A stretch of 64,000 bases of DNA from Ginglymostoma cirratum (Eukaryota): the NCBI GenBank assembly GCA_024137785.1, contig JAHRHZ010000012.1:62520854-62584853 (forward strand), written 5' to 3'. The notes beneath the pieces were generated by a model. The model saw nothing but the letters and a program-made list of their open reading frames with translations. It was not told where the DNA came from and ran no database searches. Shown one piece after another: positions 50,800 through 63,424 of this stretch (position 1 is its first letter; each line of letters opens with the position of its first letter). The position numbers and the translations under genes were made by a program.

Positions 50800-51700
50800 T
50801 CTGCTTTAGAATTTTTATCCCTTGGAAAACAACTCTCGCACTTAGGTTGCAACGTTATGGCCTTATTAACATGACATTGCTACTCGTAGAGATTAATGCA
50901 TTTGTATTCCCAATTATGTTCTTTTCTCTACCCATGTCGTTTTTTTTTTAGCAACCATGGATAAGAAATGTGAAATGAACAAAATCACACAAATTTCTTT
51001 TGTTATTTGTTTCCCAGGCTGCAAGCCTCACTAGGTTTTCTCATATTTTGATGCAGCTCTTCATATTATTAATCCACTCATCTACACCTCACCCTCCCCA
51101 CCACTTGCAGAATTTCATCTGACATTTTTGTCATTACACCTTAACTTCCAGAATCTCAATCATTTAAATACATAGAGAACAAGGGTAGGATCCTTGTATG
51201 CTTTGTAATTTCTGCAACTTTTGAATCTTAACATATACCCATCTTTCAGTCTGGTTACCTATGTGTTGACATCAAACGTACTGACTATTGACATCAATCT
51301 TTTACCTGGCACCTTGTCAAAGACCTTTCGAAAGTCCATGACTATTCCATCCCATTGCATTGCCTGGTCCACACTTCCAGTTACGTCTTAAAATAATTTA
51401 ATAATGTTAGTTAAGAATGACCTCCTTTTAAAATTTTAAAAGCTGAATAGGCATTATTGTATTCCCCATTTCCAGACATTTAAGTTATTTCATATTCTAA
51501 CAAAAATTTTAATGTCTTTTCAGCACTGACATTAAACTGCCCTGTTTATCATTCCCTTCCTTTGCCCTTTATAGAGATTGAAATTACAGTAGCTATCTGC
51601 TCGATCTCTGGAATTGTTCCTTTTTTATTTGAACTTTTATATATTGATAATAGCACCTCTGCTCGCTCTCCCAAGAGTCATTGAGTCATCGTACATATTC
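50800..51700 (-). mobile_element. Very old CR1-like RT remnant
   Basis: ggcaccttgtcaaagacctttcgaaagtcca = minus DFRKVFDKVP. Confidence 0.5.
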
Positions 51701-53559
51701 ATTTTGTCAGTATTTAGTTTCTTTCTTGCTTAGTTGATGTAATATCCCTGGTAACTTCTACAGTTGTCACTTCCGCTTTGTTATCTTCTTTAGTGAAGAC
51801 ATAATACTTCAATGCTCACTGTCTTTACAGAATTGACATTCACAAGAGCTACTTTTGCTTGTTCTGGCTTTTTCCAATGGCTAAGCAAGTTGATGTAGTA
51901 TATAACTGAGTCGCACAGATGCGGAGGATTTACTGTTTGTAGTTTGTTGAGATGGAGGTTTTATTTTATATGTAAAATGAACCAGAGAATTTGAATATAG
52001 TACAATAAATTAGCTACATTCATTGTATAAATTGCCGGAAGCAATGTGTGGAAAATCTGTCCTTCAGTTTCACACTTAATAAAAACCTCCTATCAGTACA
52101 ATTACTGGACCATTGCGAATATGATATTTTTGCACATCAACAATCAACCTGGGCCCCAGGAGGCTGACACTTCTTGTCAAATTAAAAATCAATTGGATAT
52201 CAATTGTTAATGCTCATTTTTCCTTTTTTTTCATTTTTCTCCTACTATATCAAAAAGTTATCTTGCAAAAAGATAGATCCGAGGATCCTGGCAGATTTCT
52301 AGTAGCTCATTAAATGAAGCATCATGGATGTTGCTTCTCAATTGTGCAAGCTTATATTATCCTTATTTGATTTTATCTTTTTACAATCAAATGCACTTTA
52401 CACAAAAACACTTAGAAGTAGAAAATTTGTTTGATGTTTCTTTCCTTTCCCTGTGTTTTCTGTATTTGTAATCACTGCCACAGCTATAATTAGTAAAATC
52501 AGTATTCTGATCTTTGTGCATCAGCATGGAGTTAACAAGTACATTCACACAAAGTAGTATCATGGGAGCTGCTGATGTCTATTTCAGAGAACTCTTAAAA
52601 ACAGTTCACAATTTATTCTGCAGTCTGTTTCATATTGTGTAATAAGTACGTGACTCATGCTAACCTTTGAGTGATCTGGTGGGTGAAAATGGTTCTGTTG
52701 CTGTCTCAGAATAGGAGAATTTTGTGTCGTGATTTGAGAACTAGAATGACCTTGACAGAATTTAGATGGAATTTAATTCAACATCTGACTTTTGGCGGCC
52801 ACTGGAGATAAAGGCATTCATCTCCTTTCTCTGAGTGGGAATCAAACCAGGGTCTCCAGCAATGCAGGGAAAATACTTCACAGCAGCAGACTAATGTAGC
52901 ACACTAGACAGGACTCTGTGTTGCAAACTGTATTACTACAAAAAAAAGGGCTTTCATTATTGAAATCCCAAACTGTATCTCTCTGATTGCCATGGAGTGG
53001 GTTTTTTCTTTAAAAGTCGCTGACATTTTAAAATCGACTGAAAGATTCAGAGGAAGTACTAAATGTGGGAAATTGATGTCACGACTTCTAATTTACAGCC
53101 CATTAAAACTGACATTTTAGCATTTGCCATGTTTTCTTTCATTGAAAGATACAATGACGAGTAGTAAGAGCTGAACTTTATCAAATGATGTTAGTGGATT
53201 GCATTCCAATTAAACAAAGCAGCCAAGGAAACATATTAATCCACACTTTTGACCTGCGCTGAAATGATTGCTGGTTAATGTTTAGAACTGCTGGTGTCGG
53301 GTCACTGAAATTATTTATCGAAGCAGCACTTGTAGAATTGAGAAAGGAATGCAGAACTTTTAAAGTCTGACTGAAAGCTCCCCGCGGCTTCGGAAGTTTA
53401 TTTAGTAGGTTACTAAACCTCACAGACCAGGCAGTTGCACGGTTTGATCTCCATCCTGTTTTGAGTTAGCTGATCACATCAGCTGTAATCGTATGAGTAC
53501 TTAAAACCAGGCTCCCAGGTTGAGAAGATGAAAACGGCTCCTAAGCAGAACCCCAGTGC

Positions 53560-53885
53560 ATGGTGGCTCAGTGGTCAGCACAGTTACCTCACAGTGCTAG
53601 GGTCTTGGGTTTGATTCCACCCTCAGGTGACCATGTGTGTTGAGTTTGCACATTCTTTGTGTCTGTGTGGGTTTCCGCTGGGTGCTCCGACTTCTTCCCG
53701 CAGGTCAGGTGGCTTGGCCATGCTAAATTGCCCATAGTGTTCAGGTATGTGCTTGCTAGGTAGGCTAGCCATGGGAAATGCAGCATCACAGGGATGTGGT
53801 ATGGGATGTGGGTCTGGGTGGGATGCTTTTCAGAGGGGTGGTGTGGACTCAATGATCTGCTTCTATACAGTAAGGATTCATTGAT
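53560..53885 (+). mobile_element. HE1-type V-SINE
   Basis: tggtggctcagtggtcagca head, V-domain. Confidence 0.88.
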
Positions 53886-54118
53886 TAAAAATATGTGGTA
53901 CCACACAAAGTGGTGAAATAAAAAAATACAGAATGCTGCAGAAACTCATTGGGTCTGGCAGCATCTGTGAAGAGGAAAAATAATGTTTTGAGATTGATAT
54001 GACCCTACGGCATTTCATAAGACGATGGTTTGTGCCATGGTGGTCAACAGTGTGTTAAGCACTGTCTAGTGAGCCCCACCCTGCCCACCATGTCACCTTT
54101 GCTGCATTGGAAGACAAT

Positions 54119-54412
54119 AGGACAGCACAGTGGCTCAGTGGTTAGAACCGCTGCCTCACAGCACCAGGAACCTAGGTTTCATTCCACACTCGGGTGACTG
54201 TCTGTGTGAAGTTTGCACATTCTCCCCATATCTGCGTGGGTTTCCTCCAACAGTCCAAAGATGTGCAGTCTAGGTAGATTAACCATGCTAAATTGCCCGT
54301 AGTATTCAGAGATGTATATATTAGCTGGATGTGTCTGGGTGGGATGCTCTGAGGGTCAGTGTAGACTTGTTTGGCCAAAGGGCCTGTTTTCACACTGCAG
54401 GGATTCTATGAA
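54119..54412 (+). mobile_element. HE1-type V-SINE
   Basis: gcacagtggctcagtggttag head, V-domain, gggattctatga tail. Confidence 0.9.
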
Positions 54413-54429
54413 ATGGGCTGAGAGGTCTC

Positions 54430-55175
54430 TTCATTAACCATCTCCCAGTCATCGGTATTGACATCTGCATATCTCACTTGCATCTGTCCTAATTGCAGAG
54501 GTATGGATGCCTGGTCGATTGTAATTCATCACACAGAAGGCCTTTGGGTATATGATAGTCACAAATCCAATGAAAATGCCTGAACCAGGTGCAAAAGTTG
54601 TTGGATTCACAATGAGAATATTCCAATTGGATCAATATGTATCAGAGCTTTGAGTTGGTGACCTTTTTCCATCCTGGTAAGGAATCAACCTCTTCAGGGG
54701 AGAAGAAAAGGAAAAGAAATATGTAGAGAATTTGGTGAGAAGGAGGTCTGTCTGAGATTGAATGACAAAGTCAGTTGTGTACAAAATGTAAGTCAGCCAT
54801 ATTGGCAACATCACCCGTTTAACAGTGATTTTGATTTTGGATTTAAGGCAACATAGGTCTGTCTGTTCTGTAAATTATCTCTATGCCCCTGGGTAGTTTG
54901 CTGGAGGTGGCTTGCAGCAAGGAAGCTGGAAACTCGTGTTGGTGCCGTAATCTAGCCTGTTGGACCCCAGCATTTGCTGAGATAAGGTTTGTGGTGGTTC
55001 CATTGGTGAGGATTGTGGCCATTGTCATCATGGAGTAGGTGGAGGTATGGAACAGTTTCTTGACGCAGACAAACTTGTGGAGGCTATTTCTTAAGCCTTC
55101 ACTGTTGATAGAGTCAAAGGCTTTTGTAAGGTGAAAAAGCCAACTTCAACAGTTGGTGCTGTACCCTGGATTTGT
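54430..55175 (-). mobile_element. RTE-clade LINE RT remnant
   Basis: Minus FHLTKAFDSINSEGL, ILTNGTTT..AGVQQ, LPRGIEIIYRTD. Confidence 0.75.
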
Positions 55176-55309
55176 CATGTAAAAATAACATTTGGAAACA
55201 AATACACTGCTGGAAGAGGAAGCAATTGAGGAGGATCGTTGCAATGGTCATTCTGTTTCACACAGCAGGGAATTACCACAATTGAAGTTGTCTCCCATCT
55301 TGAATATCT

Positions 55310-55853
55310 TCTGGAATTCTGTGTCCAGTTTTGGTCGCCCAGTTATAGGAAGGATATTATTAAGCTGGAGAGGGTTTAGAAGAGATTTACCAGGATGTTA
55401 CTGGGTATGGGAAGCTTGAGTTATGAAAAAGTGCTGAATAGGCTGGGACTATTTTCACTGGAGTTTAGGAGGTTGAGAGGTGACCTTTTCAAAGTTTATA
55501 AAATCATGAGGGGTGTAGATAGGGTTAATGGTAGATAACTTTTCCTTAGGATTGGGGATTTCAAGACTAGGGACACATTTTTAAGTTAAGGGAAGAGAGA
55601 TTTACAAAAGACATGGGGGACAATTTTTTTACACAGATGGTGCTTCGTGTGTGGAATGAACTTCCTGAGGAAGTGGTGGATGTACAATTACAATGTTTAA
55701 AGACATTTGGATAAGTACATGAATAGGAAAGGTTTGGAGGGATATGGACCAGAAGCAAGCAGGTGGGACTAGTTTAATTTGGGATTATGTTCAGCATGGG
55801 CTGGTTGGACAGAAAGGTCTGTTGCTGTGCTGTATGACTCTACGACTTTATGA
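55310..55853 (+). mobile_element. HER1/CR1 3' end
   Basis: LEFCVQFWSP, LERV.KRFTRML, VYKIMRGVDRVN; tail. Confidence 0.92.
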
Positions 55854-56209
55854 TGCCCAGTGCCCTTAGAATCCCTAGGTATGCAGTGCTCTTCCTGGTT
55901 AAGGGAAATTCACTACCAAATTTTCACTATGATTTTGTACCTAACACATGAATAGTAGTGAGAGATTCCCTAAATGAATATGTTAATACTTAAATAAAAT
56001 GCACAACAAAGTGAGAGATGACTAAGTAAATATACTGGATATATAAGGCTCAAAATCATGGTTGAAATAACAGCTTAAAATGTTACTGTGATATTTTTCT
56101 GTCAACAATTTAACAGAGTTGTTAATTTACCTGAAATGAAATGTTTAACATCTCTGTTAAAATGTTGCACAAAAGAATGCCATACAAATGGATTACGTAT
56201 TTATATTGA

Positions 56210-56355
56210 ACCTACCTCTTTGGCAAAGCTTTTCCCTAATAACAAATTATATTGCTCACTGTCTAATTGTGCGTCATTTCGTTCTCCCGTGAAGTGCTTT
56301 GGAATATTTCATTGCAATATATGTTTCAGTTGCCACATAAATGTAAGTCGTTGTT
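56210..56355 (+). mobile_element. L2-type 3' tail
   Basis: gtgaagtgctttgg...ataaatgtaagtcgttgttg. Confidence 0.5.
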
Positions 56356-57064
56356 GGATGCTTTTAGCCTGTAAATTATCTAGCTCATAGTTCTAGCTTG
56401 TAAATTTCTGCAAGGATTACTACAGGAGGATATTCTTCAGATTTCATTGAATTAAACAAGTAGATTTGCGCTACGGAAATCCATTCTCGGTGTTATAAAT
56501 GAATATTTAATTAAGCTAATTACGTAACCAGATATCTTCTCCCACTACAGCTTGTGCTCTTCTGAAGGTGCTGCTGTTTGTAGTTTATAAAGGCAACATA
56601 GGGAGCATCACAGCAAGGCTCAATTATATCCATGTCATTACATGATCTTTTCCAGCAGAAGGTCTTGGCCTATGATGAGCACAGATTGTTATCCTGACTT
56701 ATTGTCGTTTCCTCTCTATATCATGCTGCACTGAAGCCAAATAAAGTGCTGTACTACAGCCTGGGCTGAAATAACCTGACTCACTGCAGGAAGGATCAAA
56801 CCTTGTTTGTATAGCTCAATCACACAACAGGCATTTCTCAGGAAAGCCACTGAGGAAAATAAATACTAAATGTGGCTTGCTTGATATTCTCAAAATACGT
56901 TGTTTACAGTTTCATATCTCCAGAAACAATAATGTCACCTTTCAACGCTTAGTTTGCTTAATAAAAACTGAAAGAACTGCAGATGCTGTAAATCAGAAAC
57001 AAAAACAGAAATTGCTTGAAAAGCTCAGCAGATCTGGCAACACCTATGGAGAAAAATCAGAACG

Positions 57065-57095
57065 CTGAAGAAGGGTCACCGGGCCCGAAACGTTA
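57065..57095 (+). ncRNA. Minimal hammerhead motif, intact core, in pLTR fold-back (56958-57160)
   Basis: CTGAAGA-A-GGGTC-accg-GGCCC-GAAA-CGTTA. Confidence 0.7.
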
Positions 57096-57257
57096 ACTCT
57101 AATTTCTCTCCACAGATATTGCCAGAGCTGCTGAGCTTTTGCAGCACTTCCCGTTTTTGTGGCTATTAGTTTGCTTTTTCAGAACTATGACGTTCTCCAG
57201 CTCAATGCTGGGGAGGTTGAAGTAATCACTTTTGGCTTCCTCGTTAACTCTATACAC

Positions 57258-57492
57258 TTTTTTAAAATCATTCATGGGATGAGGGCGTTGCTGGCTAGGC
57301 AACATTTATTGCCCATCCCTAATTGCCCAGAGTGCAGTTAAGAGTCAACCACATTGCCGTGGGTCTGGAGTCACATGTTGGCCAGAGCAGGTAAGGATGG
57401 CTGTTTCTTTCCCTGGAGGACACGAGTGAACCAGATGGGTTTCCCAACAATCAGCAATGGATTCACAGTCATCATTACACTCTTAATTCCAC
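57258..57492 (-). mobile_element. SINE family B
   Basis: catttattgcccatccctaattgccc, gtgaaccagatgggttt. Confidence 0.85.
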
Positions 57493-57499
57493 TTCTCAC

Positions 57500-58325
57500 C
57501 AACTTGACTTGACTGCCTTGTCACTGTCTCAGATGGAACCAAACTCTTCATAACCTTGGCATCCTGTGATAAGTTTCTGGCTATGTCTATCCCATAATCT
57601 TCCATCTCCACAGTGTGGAGATAGCAAGAGCTGCAGATGCTGGAGTCAGAGTCAATACACTGTGGAGCTGGAGGAACACAGCAGGTCAGGCTCAATCAGA
57701 GGAGCAGGAATGTATATGTTTCAGATCTGATGAAGGGTCCTGAACTGAAATGTTGACTCTCCTGCTCCTCTGATGCTGCCTGACCTGCTGTCTTCCTCCA
57801 GCTCCACACTGTGTTGACATCTTCACAATGTGCCATGTTCAGCCCCATCTGCACCTCCACATGAAGCCAGAAACCCTCCTAAATGCCTTTGCCACTCCAG
57901 CTTTAACAAAATACAATCTGCCCTTACTGACCTACATTTGCCATGAATCAAATTTTAAAAAAACTATATTTAGAAAACAACTAATTTGATCCATGCCTCA
58001 TCCTTTCCTATCTTTGTAACATCATTGAGTCATGCAATAAAGCTCTTCAGTGCACCAATCTCCTGACTTTGTTCTCTTACACACAGGTACCCCTTCTCTT
58101 TTACCACAAAGGCAGCTGTGCCAATAACTTCTTAGGCCCCATGTGCTGAAATTTTGTTTTTAAACCTCATTGATTTGTCACCTCATTTTCTTTCATGCTG
58201 TGCTCTTTAAAACTAATTTCTTTAATCAAGTTTTGGATCCACTTATTTCTCTGTTTCTTTGGCTAACTGTCCAATTTTTTCTTTATTCCTTGGAACGTTT
58301 TTCTACATAAAAGGTGATTTTTTTT
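57500..58325 (+). mobile_element. L2 LINE 3' remnant interrupted by pLTR hairpin
   Basis: FHLH.. then ETLLNAFAT (~ETLIHAFVT); tail ccttggaacgtttttctacataaaagg. Confidence 0.6.
57613..57817. mobile_element. Penelope family A fold-back with hammerhead-like motif 57727-57754, ~10-bp TSD
   Basis: catctccaca 57603-57612 / catcttcaca 57818-57827; inverted arms. Confidence 0.82.
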
Positions 58326-59200
58326 ACATTCATTTATGTGACGTAGGTGTCCCTGGCCCAGGCAGCATTTATGTGATGTAGGTCTCCCTGGCCCAGGCAT
58401 TTATTGCCTGTCCCTAGTTGACTTGAGAAGATGGAGATGCACTGTCTTCTTGAACCGCAGCAGTCCTTGGGATATAGGGATATTCGCAGTGCTGTTAGGC
58501 AGGGAGGTTCAGGATTTTGATCCAGCGAGAGTGAAGGAATAGTGATATAGTTCAAACTTAGGATTGAGTGGGTCTTGGAGGACAACTTGCAAGTGGTATG
58601 TTCCCATGTATCTGCTGTCCTTGTCCTTCTAGATGGGCAGAGGTTGTGAGTTTGGAACATGCTGTCTAAGGAGCCTTGGTATGTTGCTGTTATTGTGCAT
58701 CTGGTATATCGTGTACCCTGTTGTCACCGCGTATTGGTAGTGGAGGGAGTGAACTTTGAAGGTATTAGATGGAATGTTAGTCAAGTTGGCTGCTTTGTCC
58801 TGAATAGTGTTGAGCTTCCTAACAATTGTTGGGGCTGTGCCCTTCCAGGCAAGTGGGAGTATTTCATCATGTCCCCGACTTGTCTCTTGCAGGTGGTACA
58901 CAGACATTGTGGAGTGGGGAGTTGAGTTACTCAGGATAGAATTTTCATCTTTGAGCTGCTGTTATAGTTACTGTATTTATACGGCTGGTCCTGTTCTGAT
59001 GTGGGTCAATGTTGCTGAGTTTGGAGGATATAGTGATGGTAATATCATTCAATGAAAAGGGGTGGTGATTGGATCCTCTTTTGTTGGAGACGGTCATTAC
59101 CTGGTACTTGTGTGGTGGGAATGTTAATTGTTACTTATCATCCCAAACCCCAGTGTTGTCAGGTCTTGCTTCATTTTGACAAAAACTGCCTCAGAATTAT
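58325..59200 (-). mobile_element. LINE family B 3' 0.9 kb
   Basis: Minus PLAWKGTAPTIVRKLNTIQDKAANL; tail shared with SINE B. Confidence 0.85.
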
Positions 59201-59284
59201 AAATACAAATTGTTTTTATTTGAACACCTGTACCTCTTCCTAAAAAGTCCTTTACCTTTTAGTTGGTAATTTTACACATCAGCC

Positions 59285-59400
59285 TGACTTGGATTAAAAA
59301 CCTGTTCAGAGATGTTATTATCTCTGGAACAGGTGTGACTTGAACCTGGGCTTCCTGGCTCAGAGCATGGACACGGCCACTGCACCAGAAGACTCTGGTG
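59285..59400 (-). mobile_element. Short tRNA-derived SINE
   Basis: aacctgttcagagatgttatt...cttgaacctgggc...ccactgcacca. Confidence 0.65.
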
Positions 59401-59759
59401 AACCCAGGAGGCCAGATGATCACCTCTCTCATGCGATGTTATGACTTTTAAACACCAGAGTGATTGCAGTGATAACATTCATTATGCAAATAGATTTGGT
59501 TTACATATACAAACATACACAAAACTGCTCATCTCTGTCTGGATGTTAAAATTCTCAACCTTTGTATTCTAAACTCTCCATTGCCTTTCTCTCCCAATTT
59601 CTGTAACCAAGAGAAGATCATAAAAAAAATTACACATTCATCGGCGAAGAGTTCAAAGAAAACATAAATTCAGGGAGTAGGCTTCACTGTATGGAAGTTG
59701 CTGCTCTCAGTGGTAGAAAACTCCCATAAATGATTCAGAAAGTATTCTCTTGCTGCAGC

Positions 59760-62640
59760 CCTCAAATCTACAAGGACCAGTTAACCACATGAACAGCAAT
59801 GCTCCAATTTGTGCTTCAGTGCAGCGACAAAAGCTCAAAGGCAAAAGTAATAAAGAGCTTGATACTGTTATCAGCAGAACCCTGCAGTCAGAGCTTTCTA
59901 CCTGCTGGGACTTTTAGTGCAATAGTGGGCACGGATCATGAACAATGGCTTCCTTGCCTCTGGTTTCAAGGCCATGGAAAGGCAGTTGAGAATGGAAAAT
60001 GACTACTTGGGTCTGCTACTCCCACAAGCTAACAGCTTCATTCAGAACAAACTGTCATCGGGTACCTGAAGACAATACAAATCAAGCCATTCAAACCAGC
60101 TGGATCTGACCATCATCGGACTTGACTCTCTCAACAGCATTCTTAGGTCATAAAGTTATCACAGTGCCGAATGTAGGACAGATCAATCCACAGTGTACAC
60201 TTGAATGAGGATGTGACCCTTAAAGATTTTTTTATTCAATGTGGAAATGCTGTGCATATATCAATGATGATGCTCCCGGTCCAGATTAAAAAAATCAACA
60301 GTTCTGTGACCCAATTGAACGTGACTCAATTTTCGTGCTTTCTGCACCATCCCAAACAGATTATGAGAACTACATTGGAACTACGTTCAAGATACTATCT
60401 ACAATACACATCAACATATGGGAAACTTGAGCAGGAAAATACCCCTGCTTTCAGGTTAACCTCATTGTTTAAGAAACTCTAATTTAAGCCAAATGGATCA
60501 CTCTCATTAATTACAAGAGAAATCAGAATGAGAAAACTCTGAAATACAAATGTTACTCAAAACAAAATCAAACAGAATGTTAGGTGGTGAACCAATGACT
60601 GCTTACAACTCTGCAAGAATTCCAAGATATCCTTCAATACAAGGAATGTTACAGGGATGGTTTAAAAATGCAACCGACCTAACAGCAAAGAGAATTGCTC
60701 CATTGAAACCAAAGCTAGGGGAAGTCATTACCAACTGCAATGACCAATTGGACAGCTGGTTGGAACAATAGTCTAAGGAAATCATCAAGTGCCATCAGCT
60801 TGCACTCCTGTGGTATCTGGACAAACTTCTCTATCTCAGCAGAAAGGAGGGGGCAGTGCCTCAGGATGGTGCGTGATGGAAAGACGATATCCTTGCACAA
60901 GAATAAGGGTGACTGTAGCTATTGCAATAACTACTGAGGTATCTCCCCACTAAGCAAGATAGAAAAGTATTTGCCCATATTGCCTTTGTTGGCCTGCAGA
61001 TCTTGGCCAAATGTATCCATCTAAAAATCCTATTGTGGTCTCAGAATTGGAAGATCTGCAGTTGACATGATCTTGTTAGTTTGGGAGCTGTAAGAAAAAC
61101 ACAACGAATAAAGCAGACCTCATCTATATTACCTTTATCAGTCTCATCAAGACATTTGTTGACATGACCATAGCTAGTCTATTTAAGCTGCTGGAGAAAA
61201 TTGACTGCCCGACGAAAGGCACTCAAGGCGATCCTCCTGCTCCATGATGGGTTAGATCATCTATGACAGGGCAACACTGAAACTCTTTGAGATTCTGAGT
61301 AGGGTCAGACTGGGCTGTGTTCGAGAATTGACTCTATTTGGTTAATTCTTTTCTTGCTGCCTCACCTCCTGACACACCAAAGCCGGTCCACCACCTACAA
61401 GGCACATGTCAGGTGTGTGATGGAATACTCCCCACTTGCCTGGATGGGTGCAGCTCCAATAACACTCAAGGAGCTTGACGCCATCCAGGTCAAAGCAGCC
61501 CGCTTGATTAGTGCTACGTCCACAAGCATCCATTCCTGCCTCCACCACCGATACTCAGTAGCAGCAGTGTGTACATGATGCATTGAAGAAATTCACAAAG
61601 GCTTCTTAGACAGCGCCTTCCAATTCCACAACAACTTCCATGTAGAAGGAAAAGGGCAGCAGATACATCGGAACGTCACCACCTTCAAGTTCCTCTCCAA
61701 GTCACTCACCATCCTGACTTGGAAATATATCACTGTTCCTTCACTGTGGCAGGATCAATATATGGAATTCTCTCCTCAATGGCATTGTGGGTCAACCCAC
61801 AGCAGGTGGACTGCAGCAGTTCAAGAAAACAATTTACCATCACTTTCTCAAGGGCAACGAGAGACGGGCAAAGCATTCTGGTCACCCAACAACACACAAT
61901 TCCCACAAATGGATAAACAAAATGAAGGCAAACATCGGTGACAAATTTTCATAGCATCATCCAAAGTGCCAGGTCAGCCTTCAACCAAGTAAGTAGAAGT
62001 ATATTTGTGGGCCAAGATCTCAAAGTCAATACTAAGATCATGGTTTACCAGCTAGAATTGATTCTTGGCCTTCCATACATGTTGATGATTTGGATAATCT
62101 ACCCCGAGCACCTTAAAGCACTGGAGAAGAACCACCAGCAGTAACTATGCAACCTCTTTCAAATCAGATGGCAAGAAATAGCAGTTTTCCTTCTCAAGTC
62201 AACTTGCTCAGCTTCAAGATGCCAGTTATTCAAAACCAGCTCCACTAAGCAGGACAAGTGGTGAATTTGTCTGACTGTAGACACCCAAAGCAACTGCTCG
62301 AGTCGGAAGCCAATTGCTGCAGGAGACTCCCAAGGAAGCATCTCTGAAGACGTTTAAGATTTCTGTTGAATCATTGGGACCCCTGGTTTGTGATCGACCA
62401 AAATGGAGAAATGTTCATTCAGAAAACCAAACAAAAACACATCGAGTGACTTAACTGGGAAAGTGCAGAGGCAAGGTTGCGGTGTCAGAGAAACCCATCT
62501 ACCCAACACCCCAAATATGAATTGTCCTGAACGTGCCAGAGTCTGCAGATCATACACTGGACCTTTCAGTCATCTCAGGACCCTTCAAATCAGAATAGAA
62601 ACCAAATGATCTGCACTCTGAAGGGTGACCCAAGAATAAG
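59760..62640 (+). mobile_element. Decayed near full-length RTE-clade LINE (APE, RT, C-terminal Cys/His motif)
   Basis: GTFSAIVGTDHEQW.PCL..G.GK..ENG (APE), RDGKTISLHKNKGDCSYCNNY.GIS (RT), CPERARVCRSYTGPFSHLRT. Confidence 0.82.
61330..61922 (+). mobile_element. LINE family B 3' fragment nested in RTE
   Basis: HLLTHQS.STTYKAHVRCVMEYSPLAWMGAAPITLKELDAIQVKAARLI plus family B tail. Confidence 0.88.
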
Positions 62641-63424
62641 AGACCAATTCTACCTTATAGCTGCGAGAAATTGCTCGAATCTCAGGTAATTTAGTGCTGT
62701 ACCATTTGGTAATTGCTCGTAAATCTCTGGCTGCTTCTTCAAAAACACAAAAATGGCTGAATGAGTTTCTTTTTCCATGTACTTTATTTTAAAAGATTGT
62801 TTTGCATCTGTTGTAAGATTTAACACCTTTGCCTGACAAAAGCCAACTAAGGATATCTATATTTGTACAGATATACTTGTAAAATCTTGGCTGTTTAACG
62901 AGTTGTTAGATCAATGTCAGAGGCGCTGCATGGCATATTGGGCTGCAAACTGACCCTTCAGTCTAGTGAGCTGAATTTGAAGCCTGCCCAGAGTAACAAT
63001 GGATGAATCTACTTCTGTTTGTTATTGCTCTATTGCAGTTAAAATAAATTGGAAATAAGAGAAGAGCATTTAAACCCATGTTTACCAGATGTAGGAGTAA
63101 GAAGAAGAATGAAACTGCCATCTGGGGGGAAACATATGCAGAAGAGTGGCAAAGTTAGCATACAGCTGTTTTGTAAATAGCTTCAAAGCATGAGAACTAT
63201 AATCTCCATGGCTGTATTTGCATGCGGGATAGAGGAAGCTGAAATAAATATCATTCAGTAGTATTGGGAGTGCCTAGGTGTGGCGAATGGGTGTTGGGGG
63301 GAGGGGTGTGTGTGCTTTTGTGGCGCAGTGGTAGTGTCCCTACCCTTTATCACACAATATTTATAGGAAAATAGAATGGCCATTCGACAGGCCATTAGTT
63401 AGTTTAGTTTTGCTGACTAACAAA

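Noticed and set aside
58331-58400. 35-bp tandem duplication (and a 22-bp one at 25467-25503)
   Set aside because: Ordinary slippage duplications in neutral or repeat sequence
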